Source of the DNA: the human T2T-CHM13v2.0 reference genome, Homo sapiens
DNA length: 64,000 bases
Assembly (NCBI RefSeq): GCF_009914755.1
Contig: NC_060932.1
Strand: one strand, 5' to 3'
In this document: piece by piece, positions 26,851-46,540 of the stretch
Layout of the letters: each line of letters starts with the position of its first letter
Position numbering within the stretch: the stretch's first letter is position 1
The notes under the pieces: model-generated
Seen by the model: the letters and a program-made list of their open reading frames with translations, nothing else
Databases searched by the model: none
What the model was told of the DNA's origin: nothing
Position numbers and translations under genes: made by a program

Positions 26851-28417
26851 GTAAAGCCCCAAACATATTACTTCGTCCATTTTAGGCCCTATGTGAATGT
26901 CAATCTCCCCTCTCCCAAAGAATGTTACATACTGTGATTGCTTTTTAACAAAAGACTTTGCTATGTTCTTGCTATAGTTGAATTATAAAGGGGTTCCTTG
27001 TGTCTCTGAATAATAATGTGTTTCATTTTTAATATATTCAAGAAAGAATATTCAAATTTCTCCTACAACTTATGAATAAATAACAGCTATTACTTCTTTA
27101 TCATATATTTGCATTAGTTTACAAAGTTGCCCGGAAAATTTTCATACAGCAGTTTAAGAAACTACTATTTGATCATATATTAAGTAGTATTCAAAAACAA
27201 TTGTATCTTGATACCTTTGTTCTATTGTTTAGACATAAGCAAACATCTATTATAATATTTCTTATAAAAATTATTTTTTCACTGTATAGATGTATTATTT
27301 CAGCATAGATGTGACTATTAAAGCTGAGGCTTCTTGTTTTCGGTGACATAGTTTTGCCTCTTATTTTTCCATAGAAATGTCTTAGTAAGTATTTAGTGTA
27401 AGTTCTTTCTTATTAATACTAGGTTTATAAGTGTAACAGAACGTACTTGTCATGCAGTGAGACTTGAGAATCTTATGACTCTATTGGGAATTTTTATCAT
27501 GTGTTGTATTACAGATTTAACAATGGAACACAAAGTCTTTTAAGAATATTTCTTGTAACAATTATCTGTTGAACTATCACAAAAATCCATGATTTCATTA
27601 AAAGATTTAATGTCTGACTGTACAAAAATATTACTTGCCTTCCTCATGCAGTTATTCTTATAGAGTATTAAAGTCATCTTGAATGGTAGTGCTACATTTA
27701 TCAAAATGACTTAGTTTCACATACATGCAATTGTGTTTTATATGTATGAGCAGAATGCTTTTGTACTCGAGGATTTACCTCATGATATGAAGAACCATTT
27801 TAGAGAAACATAGATAATTAAGTCCAGGCTCAAGTCATACAATATCTAGAAAATTTTGGCAAGATTTGGTTGTTTCTAGTAGAGTGTGGGTCTGCATGGT
27901 CACTGTTCTCAGTCAAACCCTGGGTCTATCTGCAGAGAAGTAATAAACAACTTGGCAGTCTTTAAAAACCTGGAACATAATTCCTTATTTGTCTCTCCTC
28001 TTTCATCCACTGAACATTTAGTCTAAGAAAATGGTGGTTTAGTTGGTTTAATATTCAAAGGTGATATTATAATAGGCTTGGTTTGGCTAAAGAGATGAAA
28101 ATGTGGTCAGATGTCCTTAGTACGTTTGCAGTATCCATTTGTGGTTCTGAGGAAATGTGTGTGTGACTCTACCTATTTGATGGCTTACATAAAATTTGGT
28201 TTCCAAATGAGCCACTAAATTGGGCTCATTGTACAGCAAGGTCCATCAGTGTATGGTTAAATGTTCTTTCTTCTTCATTAGATATTTGTCAACTAGACTG
28301 ATGTGAAATCTATGTTGGACAAAAATTCTTCCCTGGAGCATTCATGCTCAATTTCATTTTTTTGTAAACTGATAATATTACCATATTCTTGTTAAAAGTT
28401 TCCAAACACTACTTTTC

Positions 28418-31851
<3,434 letters not shown>

Positions 31852-32081
31852 AAACATTACTTTTCTACTGTTTGCTTTTTGATATCACAAATTTAATAAC
31901 TTTACAGTAAATTCTTGTTTTTAAGTTTTCAGCACTTAGGATTCTTATTTGAAAGCAACAGAAGCTGATTCTTAAGCTAAAAGAAAAATTATTAAATTCG
32001 TAGTTATTTACAATGATTTTCTTAAAATAGATTTAATATCAGGTAAAAGTACAGATAATGTAACTATTCTTGATCTTTTTA

Positions 32082-32440
<359 letters not shown>

Positions 32441-32615
32441 TATTGCCCCTACCAGTAAATATTAGCTTTTAAATTATTTTATTTTTAATTTTATAGAACA
32501 ACAAAAGACATCTTGTTTAATTTACAGTTATTTTAATTTGCCTTTCTTTGTTTCCTTGTTAAGCTAAATTTTCTTTAATCATTTATTAGCTATTTGTATT
32601 TATTCACGTTGCTGT

Positions 32616-33158
32616 TGTGAAAAGAAAAAAAAATCTTGGGATTCCCAAATCACTAAGCCAAAGGGAAAAATCAAGCTGGGAAGTACTTAGGGCAAACCTG
32701 CTCCACTGTATTCCTAAAAAAGATAGCTACTAAGATTAAAAAGCTGCATACCTCCCTCACAATTGGTCCACAAGGAAATTCCTTGCAGACAAAGGACAAA
32801 CAGAACTCAGCAGAAACCCTTTGCTCACTGAGATAAATGCATATCTAATTGCTTCCTTTGGAAAGGAATCAGAAATTCAAAATAATATAACCATTTGTCT
32901 TCCATCTACCTATGACCTGGAAGCCCCCTCCCCACTTTGAGTTGTCCTACTTTTCTGCGCCAAACCAATGTCCATTTTAACACATATTGATTGATGTCTC
33001 ATATCTCCCTATAACATACAAAACCCAAGCTGTTCCCTGACCACTTTGGGCACATGTTGTCAAGACTTCCTGAGGCTGTGCCACAGGTGCATCCTTAACC
33101 TTGGCAAAATAAACTTTCTAAATTGACTGAGACCTGTCTCAGTTATTTCGGGTTCACA
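32616..33158 (+). mobile_element. MER4A-type ERV1 solo LTR
   Basis: tgtgaaaagaaaa...aaatcactaagccaaagggaaaa...aataaactttctaaattgactgagacctgtctcag...gggttcaca; TSD ctgt/gtgt. Confidence 0.88.
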
Positions 33159-33446
33159 GTGTGAATTATCTGATAGTGGATTTTGCCTATATTTTCTACT
33201 GTGCTTTAATTATGTACTGCTGATATACAGAGCTATCTATATTTTATATAGATATATTACAGTGTAGACATAGTACCATTTATGGAATGGAGAATAAAAT
33301 TTTTCAGAAAAATATTTTACCTAATATATTTATCCAATATATATTTGCTGGTCATGTGAAAATTTAACAAATATCAAATGAAAAAGAAAGAATATATATG
33401 TGTGTGTACCTATATATCATATATAACATGTTATTAAATGTATAAG

Positions 33447-34150
33447 CATTTTTATTAAAGTATAATTTATATATAATAAAAATGTATATTTTAAACTGTG
33501 CAGTTTGATAACTTTTGATACATGTATAAAGGTGTGATATAAACCATTTGTGATATAAACTGTGCGATGTGATAACTTTTGACACGTGTAAATCTGTGGT
33601 ATAAACCATCACCGCAATTTAGATAATGAACATAATCAAATTGCTCCCAAGAGTTTCCTTGCAACTTTTGTCATTCTTTCCTCTTGTGTGTCCTTGTGCC
33701 CACCCTCTGTTCCAAGCAACCACTTATCTGCTTTCTGTCAGTAAACTTTATTTTATATTTTGGGAGGGAATTAAATAGCATTAATTAATACATGGAATTA
33801 AATAGTATTATTATTTTTTAGTCTAGCGTTTTTCACTCGGCATAATTATTTGGATCTTGATCCATGTTGTGTTGCATAACAATAGTTATTCCTTTTTCTT
33901 TCTGAATAGCAATCCACTGTATGAATATACCATAGTTTATCTAAGTATATGTTGATGAACATTTGTGGCTATTATGAATGAAGCTGCCATGAACATTTAT
34001 TTATAAGTCTTAGTGTGAGCATGTGCCTTCATCTCTCTTGAGTAAATACTTAGAAAAGAAACAACTTAATAATTGGGTAGGAAAAACTTAATCATATGTT
34101 AAACTTCTGAAGCAACTGCCAAACTGTTTTTCAAAATGGTTGTATCATTA
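33447..34150 (-). mobile_element. Old L1 (L1MC/MD-type) 3'UTR
   Basis: tttattaaagtataattta...aagcaaccacttatctgctttctgtca...gcaactgccaaactgtttttcaaaatggttgtatcatt. Confidence 0.75.
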
Positions 34151-34399
34151 GGTATAGATAATAATTGTCTATGAATGTCAAAATGTCCTATGGTAGTCAC
34201 AGTGAAAAACACAATTAACAAAGAAATTTGGTCACCTCTGTGATTTACAATGACCTAACACAATAACCCTAATTATGATTGATAACACAACCTCAGACAT
34301 CAGAACTCTAGAAATCCCGTACAATTTTGGAACACATTTTAACATTTTTCACTAAAATATGGCCTGAAGATCAAACACCACCTTACTCCAACAATCCTA

Positions 34400-34700
<301 letters not shown>

Positions 34701-35872
34701 TCCTATGTAACTAAACATGTTAAATAATCCTGTTTATCACTCCTTTGGACACTCCAGGGGCTCTCTTTAGCATTGAAATGCTAGGGATTAGGAAAGACAA
34801 TTTCGAAGCTTTATAGGCTTAACACACTTAATAGGATTTCAGGTTATTATAAGTCATCCATTTAAATCATGACTCAAAGTGAAAAACTTTATTCACTAAA
34901 AGGGAAGACTTAGTCTTCCAAACAATTTATCTCATGTCCTTCCCTTCTTTTGTCAGGATTTTATTCACAAAGCAAACAAAAATCTTTCATTGCATGAAAA
35001 TCTTGACAAAGAGAAAGCAACATTTCACCCTTGCATTAGTCTATTAATGTCAACCCCAATTCTTTAAAAAATAAAACCTTACAGACAAATCCATTTAATC
35101 TTAATCAGTTTGACCATGAGCTGAGATTCTTATAAATCTTTTATAACACTTCATAAGTTTTTGTTAAAGAGCATATTAGTTCCTAAGGAAAACCTTGTTG
35201 TGTTTTTATTTTAATGTTCAATTTACAGAAAAACCAAATAATACTCTTTTGAATTTAGTCAATATGTTCACACACAGATTTTCTCTTTAAAAGATCAATT
35301 TTTACAAACCTTGCATAACTTGTTTTAGCCATTAGCTTTATCTTATCTAATTTAAAACAATCCTTTAATCCTCTGAACGAGATGAAAATTTACATTCCCA
35401 CGTGTTCTTATATTCTTTTACTAAAGACACATTTTACTCTCCTTACACACTTTGTATGTAAATCTATTTTCAGTAGACTCCACTACATGTTATAATGGTA
35501 GCTCTTAGCAATTTTTAATTTTGAAATACCTGGTAAGTTATTTTAGTTACATACTTAGATGCAGATAAGGTCTGACTATTTTCAGCATAGCTAGGAGCAT
35601 GGCATATGTCCCCAGGCCTTACCAAACTGTAAAGCAGGAAAGTTGAACAATTTTCTTCTTTTTCTTTAATTATACTTTAAGTTATAGGGTACATGTGCAC
35701 AACGTGCAGGTTTGTTACATATGTATATATGTGCCATGTTGGTGTGCTGCACCCATTAACTTGTCATTTACATTAGGTATATCTCCTAATGCAATCCCTC
35801 CCCCCTCCCCCCACTCCATGACAGGCCCCAGTGTGTGATGTTCCCCACCCTGTGTCCAAGTGTTCTCATTGT

Positions 35873-39691
<3,819 letters not shown>

Positions 39692-39774
39692 TATGATATT
39701 AGCTGGTTACTTTACTCATTAGTTGGTTATTTTACTCATTAGTTGATGCAGTTTGTTCCTAGTGTCAATGGTCT

Positions 39775-40799
39775 TTACAATTTGGCATGTTTTTGCAGTG
39801 GCTGGTACCGGTTGTTCTTTTCCATGTTTAGTTCTTCCTCCAGGAGTTCTTGTAAAGCAGGCCTGGTGGTGACAGAATCTCTCTGCATTTGTTTGTCTCT
39901 AAAGGATTTTATTTCTCCTTCACTTATGAAGCTTATTTTGACTGGATATGAAATTCTGGGTTGAAAATTCTTTTCTTTAAGAATGTTGAATATTGGCCTC
40001 CACTCTCTTATGGCTTGTACAGTTTCTGCCAAGAGATCCACTGTTAGTCTGATGGGCTTCCCTTTGTGGGTAACCCAACCTTTCTCTCTGGCTGCCCTTA
40101 ACATTTTTTCCTTCATTTCAATTTTGGTGAATCTGACAATTATATGTCTTGGAGTTGTTCTTCTTAGTGAATATCTTCATGGCGTTCTCTGTATTTCCTG
40201 AATTTGATTGTTGGCCTGCCTTGCTAGGTTGGGGAAGTTCTCCTCAATAATATCCTGAAGAGTGTTTTCCAGCTTGGTTCCATTCTCCCCATCACTTTCA
40301 GGTACACCAATGAGATGTAGATTTGGTCTTTTCACATAGTCCCATATTTCTTGGAGGCTTTCTTCATTTCTTTTTATTCTCTTTTCTCTAAAGTTCCCTT
40401 CTCACTTCATTTCATTGATTTGATCTTCAGTCACTGATACCCTTTCTTCCACTTGATTGAATCGGCTACTAAAGCTTGTGCATGCATCACATAGTTCTTG
40501 TGCCATGGTTTTCAGCTCCATCAGGTCATTTAAGGTCTTCTCTATGCTGTTTATTCTAGTTAGCCATTCATCTAATCATTTTTCAAGGTTTTTAGCTTCC
40601 TTGCGATGGGCTCAAACATCCTCCTTTAGCTCAGAGAAGTTTGTTATTACTGATCATCTGAAGCCTTCTTCTCTCCACTCGTCAAAGTCATTCTCCATCT
40701 AGCTGTGTTCCGTTGTTGGCGAGGAGCTTTGTTCCTTTGGAGAGAAGAGGGGCTCTGATTTTCAGAATTTTCAGCTTTTCTTCTCTGGTTTCTCCCCAT
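39775..40799 (-). pseudogene. L1 ORF1, disrupted
   Basis: ATG GGG AGA AAC CAG at 40799; C-terminus MKEKMLRAAREKG...NFQPRISYP...RYQPLQKHAKL*. Confidence 0.93.
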
Positions 40800-40849
40800 C
40801 GTTGTTGTTTTATCTACCTTTGGTCTTTGATGATGGTGACCTACCGATG

Positions 40850-41773
40850 TGGCCAAATGGGAACAGCTCCAGTCTACAGCTCCCAGTGTAAGCAATGCAC
40901 AAGATGGGTGATTTGTGCATTTCCAACTGAGGTACCAGGTTCATCTCACTGGAGCTTGTCGGATAGTGGGTGCAGCCCACAGAGTGTGAGCCAAAGCAGG
41001 GTGGGGCATCGCCTCACCCAGGAAGCACAAGGGGTCAGGGAATTCCCTTTACTAGCCAAGGGAAGCCATGACAGATAGTACCTGGAAAATCAGGACACTC
41101 CCACTCTAATACTGCACTTTTCCAAGAGTCTTAGCAAACGGCACACCAGGAGATTATATCCCGCTCCTGGCTCAGAGGGTCCCACACCCACAGAGCCTCA
41201 CTCACTGCTAGCACAGCAGTCTGAGATCGAACTGCAAGGTGGCAGTGAGGCTGGGGGAGGGGCGTCCACTGTCACTGAGGCTTGAGTAGGTAAACAAAGT
41301 GGCCGGGAAGCTTGAACTGGGTGGAGCCCACCTCAGCTCAAGGAAGCCTGCCTACCTCTGTAGACTCCACCTCTCGGGGCAGTGCATAGCTGAACAAAAG
41401 ACAGCAGAAACTTCTGCAGACTTAAACGTCCCTGTCTGACAGCTTTGAACAGAGTAGTGGTTCTCCCAGCACGGAGCTGGAGATCTGAGAACGGACAGAC
41501 TGCCTCCTCAAGTGGGTCCCTGATCCCTGAGTAGCCTAACTGGGAGACATCTCCCAGTGGGGGCCAAGTGACACCTCATACAGCTGGATGCCCCTCTGAG
41601 ACGAAGCTTCCAGAGGAAGGATCAGGCAGCAACATCTTCCATTCTGCAATATTTGCTGTTCTGCAGTCTCCGCTGGTGATACCCAGGCAAACAGGTTGTG
41701 GAGTGGACCTCCAGCAAACTCCAACAGACCTGCAGCTCAGGGTCCTGACTGTTAGAAGGAAAACTAACAAACA
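40850..41773 (+). promoter_or_regulatory. Inverted L1 5'UTR (internal sense/antisense promoter region)
   Basis: tggccaaatgggaacagctccagtctacagctcccag...ctgactgttagaaggaaaactaacaaaca is L1 5'UTR sense on +, opposite to the element body; activity not shown. Confidence 0.9.
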
Positions 41774-43325
41774 GAACAATTTTCAAAAGCCAAAGCAGTT
41801 TATGACCTTAAAGCCTTTCACCAACCTAGTTTCTGACTTGCATAATTTAGACCATGTCTACATTTTGAAGACATTTCTACTTTTATTTTACCAATAATTT
41901 TAAAGCTAGCCTGTTTATATATAGCAATATATGTTGTTATAACATATGACAGTAAGTGTACAAATAAACACATCTAGACATGTATACATACACAAATGAA
42001 GATCCAATAGCTTGGAACCCTAGCCATAAGATAGCACTACAAGCTTACCAGTTTTACTTTGTTTGCCCCAATAGACAATCCAATGAAGGCTGTGAACCAA
42101 AATTTCAGGTAAATTGGTTTCTATGACAGTTTGATTTTTAAAAGCCAAACTTCCCCAGACTCCAAAGAACACTGGGGCCAAACAGCACCAAAGGAGAACA
42201 TCACAAGTTAAAACAGGCCCCCTGCTTAGAACAGCAGCACAAAACCCTGGATACATGCAATGCAATCTTACTTTCCTATTCAACAGTAAACTCCAGATTC
42301 CATACAATATTGGGGCCAAACAGTATTGTAACTGTGAGAGAAAATTCTAAGGAGGGTTTAGTACTAGACCTCAGAACCTCTGCCAAGGGCATCCCGTTTG
42401 GAGAGGTGGAGGTCCAGAGGATCCCCTGGGATGTCCCCCTGTGGGATCCAACCTTAGAGTGTCAGATGTCTCTGACCTTAGGTAGGCACTAGTGCTGCTT
42501 TGTCTTCTCCCTCCAGAGGCAATGGCCTACCACGATCTTTGTAAGGCCATGCTTTCTCAGGCTTCCTGTTCCACCAGAGTGACAGCCATGAAGTAAAAGG
42601 CATTGCAGCTTTATTTTTCTTTCAAAATAGTTGATCTAAGCACTTGATTTTCTTTAAGCCAATCAGAGCTCTTTTATATAAACATCATACACATAACACA
42701 TGTGTAACTACACAGACTGAAGGAGATTCAGTACTTGTAAGATTTTTCATGTGCCAATCTCCTATTTGCATTGCTAACCCTAGGGGTGGAGCACTTCAAG
42801 AACCAGGTCTAGGAAAACATGCAGGCAGGTTCTATGGCCTAATAAGTAGGAATAGCTGGAAGACAAGAACAGATTTTGAGAGGGATACATCCACTTGTAA
42901 TCCCTGGCACTCCATGAGGAAAACAGAGGTTTTTTTCAAAAATGAATCAATGATGCCTCCTTTGTTTTCCCAAGAAGTCCCAGGACTTCAGAGGTTATCT
43001 TGGGGCCCTTCATGTGTGCAATAAGAATGGTAAGACAAAAATGGAGACTAATTCAGTCGACTGATAAAACCTTTTTCCAGAAAAAGAAGATCCATGAGAA
43101 AAGACATACAGGCCTTTTAAATATACCTATAGCTTTGATAACCATGGACATCTACTTTTAAATAAGCTAACTTTTAACTATAGCACCCCTTTTTAAAGTC
43201 ATTTTAAATCTCTTATTTCCTGACTTTAGCCATGCCAAATGGCCATTTGAATTCTTGGAGGGACAGAGAATACAGTGATTTTTATCCTTCCTGCTACCAG
43301 TTTGCACAGAGAAAGAGAAGTCAGA

Positions 43326-43642
<317 letters not shown>

Positions 43643-44559
43643 CTAGAAATCTGACTGGCAAGAACCTTTACCCTTTTGCTGGCATGTCAGGCTTCTGGGT
43701 TCCCTTCCCCTGAGACATGGAGTGCTTTGACCCTGGAGTCCTGTGAAGGGGAAAAAGCTATTTTCTTTCTCCAGCCTGAGGGTCAAAGGAGTCCAGTGAT
43801 TTAGGATACACTTGAGGAGTGCAGGCTGAAAATGATTCACTGGTTACCCATCTGGAAAGAGGAGTAAAAGGCTTCCCTTTGTTCCTCTCTCTTCCTAGCG
43901 AATACCCGGGGTATGTGACAGGGAGAAAAGGCATCCCTCTTAATTATTTCGACCTTATATCCCTGAGTTCCGGTGACCTGTGCAGGTGCTGACCATGGGT
44001 GCAAGTGCAACCTTCACCCATGAAGTTGGAGGCATAGCTGACAGGCATGCACCTGAGCAGAGCCTAAGCCTCCCACTCTCCGTCACATTTGAGTTCCCTA
44101 GACCCTATCTATGCCATGTATGTAAGCATGATATTCCCATCCATGAAGCAGGAGGCCTAATTGTCAGGAATTAGTCATGCTCACCTGCACTGTGCCCTTC
44201 GACTCCCGCTGTCATCTGCCTCAGGTCTATTGTTCCATTCCAGGGCTTCAAACTGAAGCTTCGGAGAAAAAGGTGCCTCAGGGGGGTGTATGAACCCATT
44301 AAATTGGTCCCAGATAGCCCTTGCCAAATTGCAGCTAGCAACTGGCAGGGGCTGCTCTACCATTGCCTCCCTATCACAAGTAGGTGAAGCTGTGGGGCCA
44401 AGTCCTCCTCAAACAAGGGAGAGAGAAAGGGAGTCCCAGTAACTGGGGACCTGGCCTACGAAGGTGACAACTAAGAGATTGGGTTTTTCCTGAGATGCCC
44501 TTCACGGTCATGCTAAGAGAGGAGGCGGACCTAGGTTGGAGAAGAGAACTGAAAGGCCT

Positions 44560-45830
44560 GCTCAAGTCCAGGAGGAGGTCCAACCTCCTTTCCTTGATCC
44601 CTAGAATCACCCTAGCTCCTGGATGGCAATGACAGTCTGAACCACCAGAGTCAACGAAAGGAACCCTGGGACCAGTCAGTCCTGCTGCACCATTTGGGAG
44701 ATGGCAATCTGGACCTTGCCACCCATGTCTCAGGGACAGTCTGCCCTCCAATGATCTACATTTGCAGCAGTTGACAGGTGCATTGTGAGGACTCTGAGGT
44801 TTGTGAGCCTGCAAGTTGGTTATTAGAGCCTCTGTCTTTTTCTTGTGTCTCCTTCCCTCTCTTGGGCCTCCCAATCCTATTTTAAAAGGCCAAGGTGGCC
44901 ACTTCCAGAGGTCCTCTATAGTACTCTCTGGTCGTATGGCCTGTTTCTGTAGCTTCCTCCTGATATCAGGGGCTGCCTGAGTAATAAACTCATCCCTTAG
45001 AACCAGCTGTTCCTCTATTGAATCTGGAGATAGAGTGGTATGTTTCACCAAGTCCCCTCTTAGATTTCTGAGGAAGGCAGTGGGACTCTCATCCAATCCC
45101 TGGTCTACCATGGATAGCCCAGTGCAATCAAGAGGTCTAGTCCCAGTCCCTTGCAAGCCATCCAATATGCACACCTGTAAGGGCTTCCTTTTCCATTCTC
45201 CCGTTTCATCATTGGGGTCCCATTTAGTGTTCTCCAATGGTACTGCTATTCTTCCAACTAGATAAGGCTCATCCCCTTCCCTGGTCCTATATAAGATGTA
45301 AAGCTTATCCTAAAAATTCTCTGCCACTTGCAGGGTGGCCTGCTTTTCAGCAGTGGTCAGGGTTTGATGCAAAAGTAACATGACATCCTTCCATGAGAGT
45401 TCAAATAGTTAGGTTAAGTTCTGGAAGGCCAATATATGCCTGTCAGGGCCATCTGAAAACCTGCTTGGATCCCCCTTAATTTGCTGTAAGCCCTGAAGAG
45501 AAAAGGGGACCCGAATCTAAATGGGACCGTGTTTACCACACATCTGTTGTAGGAGCAGGAGTGAGAGTGGGACCTGCCTAAAATGACTTCTAAGATGAGG
45601 CAAGCTTGGAAGAGAACCTGGATAGGGAGGAGTGAAGGGAGCTGATTCCCCTGCTGAAGGTACCACTGGGGTTTGTTTCCCCAGTTCCCTGGGATTGACC
45701 CTTGCAGCCTCTCCTGAGATGGTCACTAGGAAGGCTGAATCAATCCCACAACGTTGGCAAAGATCTGGGTTACACTACAAGGCAAAGAAAAATAGTCCAA
45801 GGTCCCTTCACATAAGGGACGTTGGACTAT
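44560..45830 (-). pseudogene. ERV1 gag (CA/NC) and protease remnant in the MER52 internal region
   Basis: ORF 44374-45237 contains the major homology region QGLDESPTAFLRNL and FITQAAPDIRRKLQKQ; degenerate zinc knuckle; frameshifted. Confidence 0.85.
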
Positions 45831-46519
45831 TTGCCCTCGTGTTTATGGAAAAGCTTTCTTCTTGAGGCAATGCTTCTTTTCTGTGCCTCAAGGTGCTAAG
45901 ACCTAAGTTGTCAACCAAGTAAATTACAAGAACATTTTTACCACAAGTTTACATACAGATACCAAGACATACTTTTCTTTGTCTGTGCTACTCTTAACCT
46001 TATATTATATACTTTCAATGACTAAGCCAAATGCTCATTCTACACAGTAGTATCTTTGTTTGGCAACATTCTTAACATTTTAATATTGTATATAAAAGAA
46101 GAACCATGACAGCATGAGAAAAAAGAAAGAAACAATGATAGGAAAGACTAAGGTCCTAGCGCGGACACCCTAATGGGCAGTCAGGGACTGGAATTAGTCC
46201 AGGGGCCTTTGGATAACACCAAGGTATAGCCTCAGCCAGATACTCTCAGTTGCTCCAGGACCTCCATCCAGTCCCAAGTGACTGCTAGACCTCCATGACG
46301 TGAAACTGGGTTGGAACAAAACCAACATTCCCAACACCAGAGAGTGATGGGGGATTAACAGTGTCCTCCCCAGCAAGCCTGTCCTCCTTAAGTCTGGCAA
46401 CCATGCTAGTCATTTTTAACTGGCTAAGAGTCCAGTGTTTTTTCTTCATTTTGGCTATTATGGAGTTTAGAGACTCCAAAAAAAAAGGACAGAAAGCAAA
46501 TTCACTTTTACTCACCCTT

Positions 46520-46537
46520 CCTGCAGATGAGCCCTCA
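46520..46537 (-). other. Degenerate tRNA-Pro primer-binding site
   Basis: TGAGGGCTCATCTG..., 3 nt after the LTR end (...GTAACA), versus PBS-Pro TGGGGGCTCGTCCG; splice-donor-like GGGTGAGT follows. Confidence 0.65.
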
Positions 46538-46540
46538 AAA

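Noticed and set aside
25900-28400. Long apparently unique stretch as a possible conserved element or ncRNA
   Set aside because: No recognisable RNA-gene motif, ORF or structure; conservation cannot be judged without alignments.
33493-33609. Imperfect duplication of about 55 bp
   Set aside because: Old diverged slippage inside an L1M 3'UTR; no functional implication.
41050-41285. L1 ORF0 in the inverted 5'UTR
   Set aside because: The position of the ORF0 start (gcaATGGCGG) reads ...gtgacagtgg on minus, so the ATG is absent.
44374-45237. 287-aa ORF as a domesticated Gag protein
   Set aside because: It begins mid-capsid and drifts out of the Gag frame after about PESTIEDL; no intact zinc knuckle; neighbouring gag sequence has stops.
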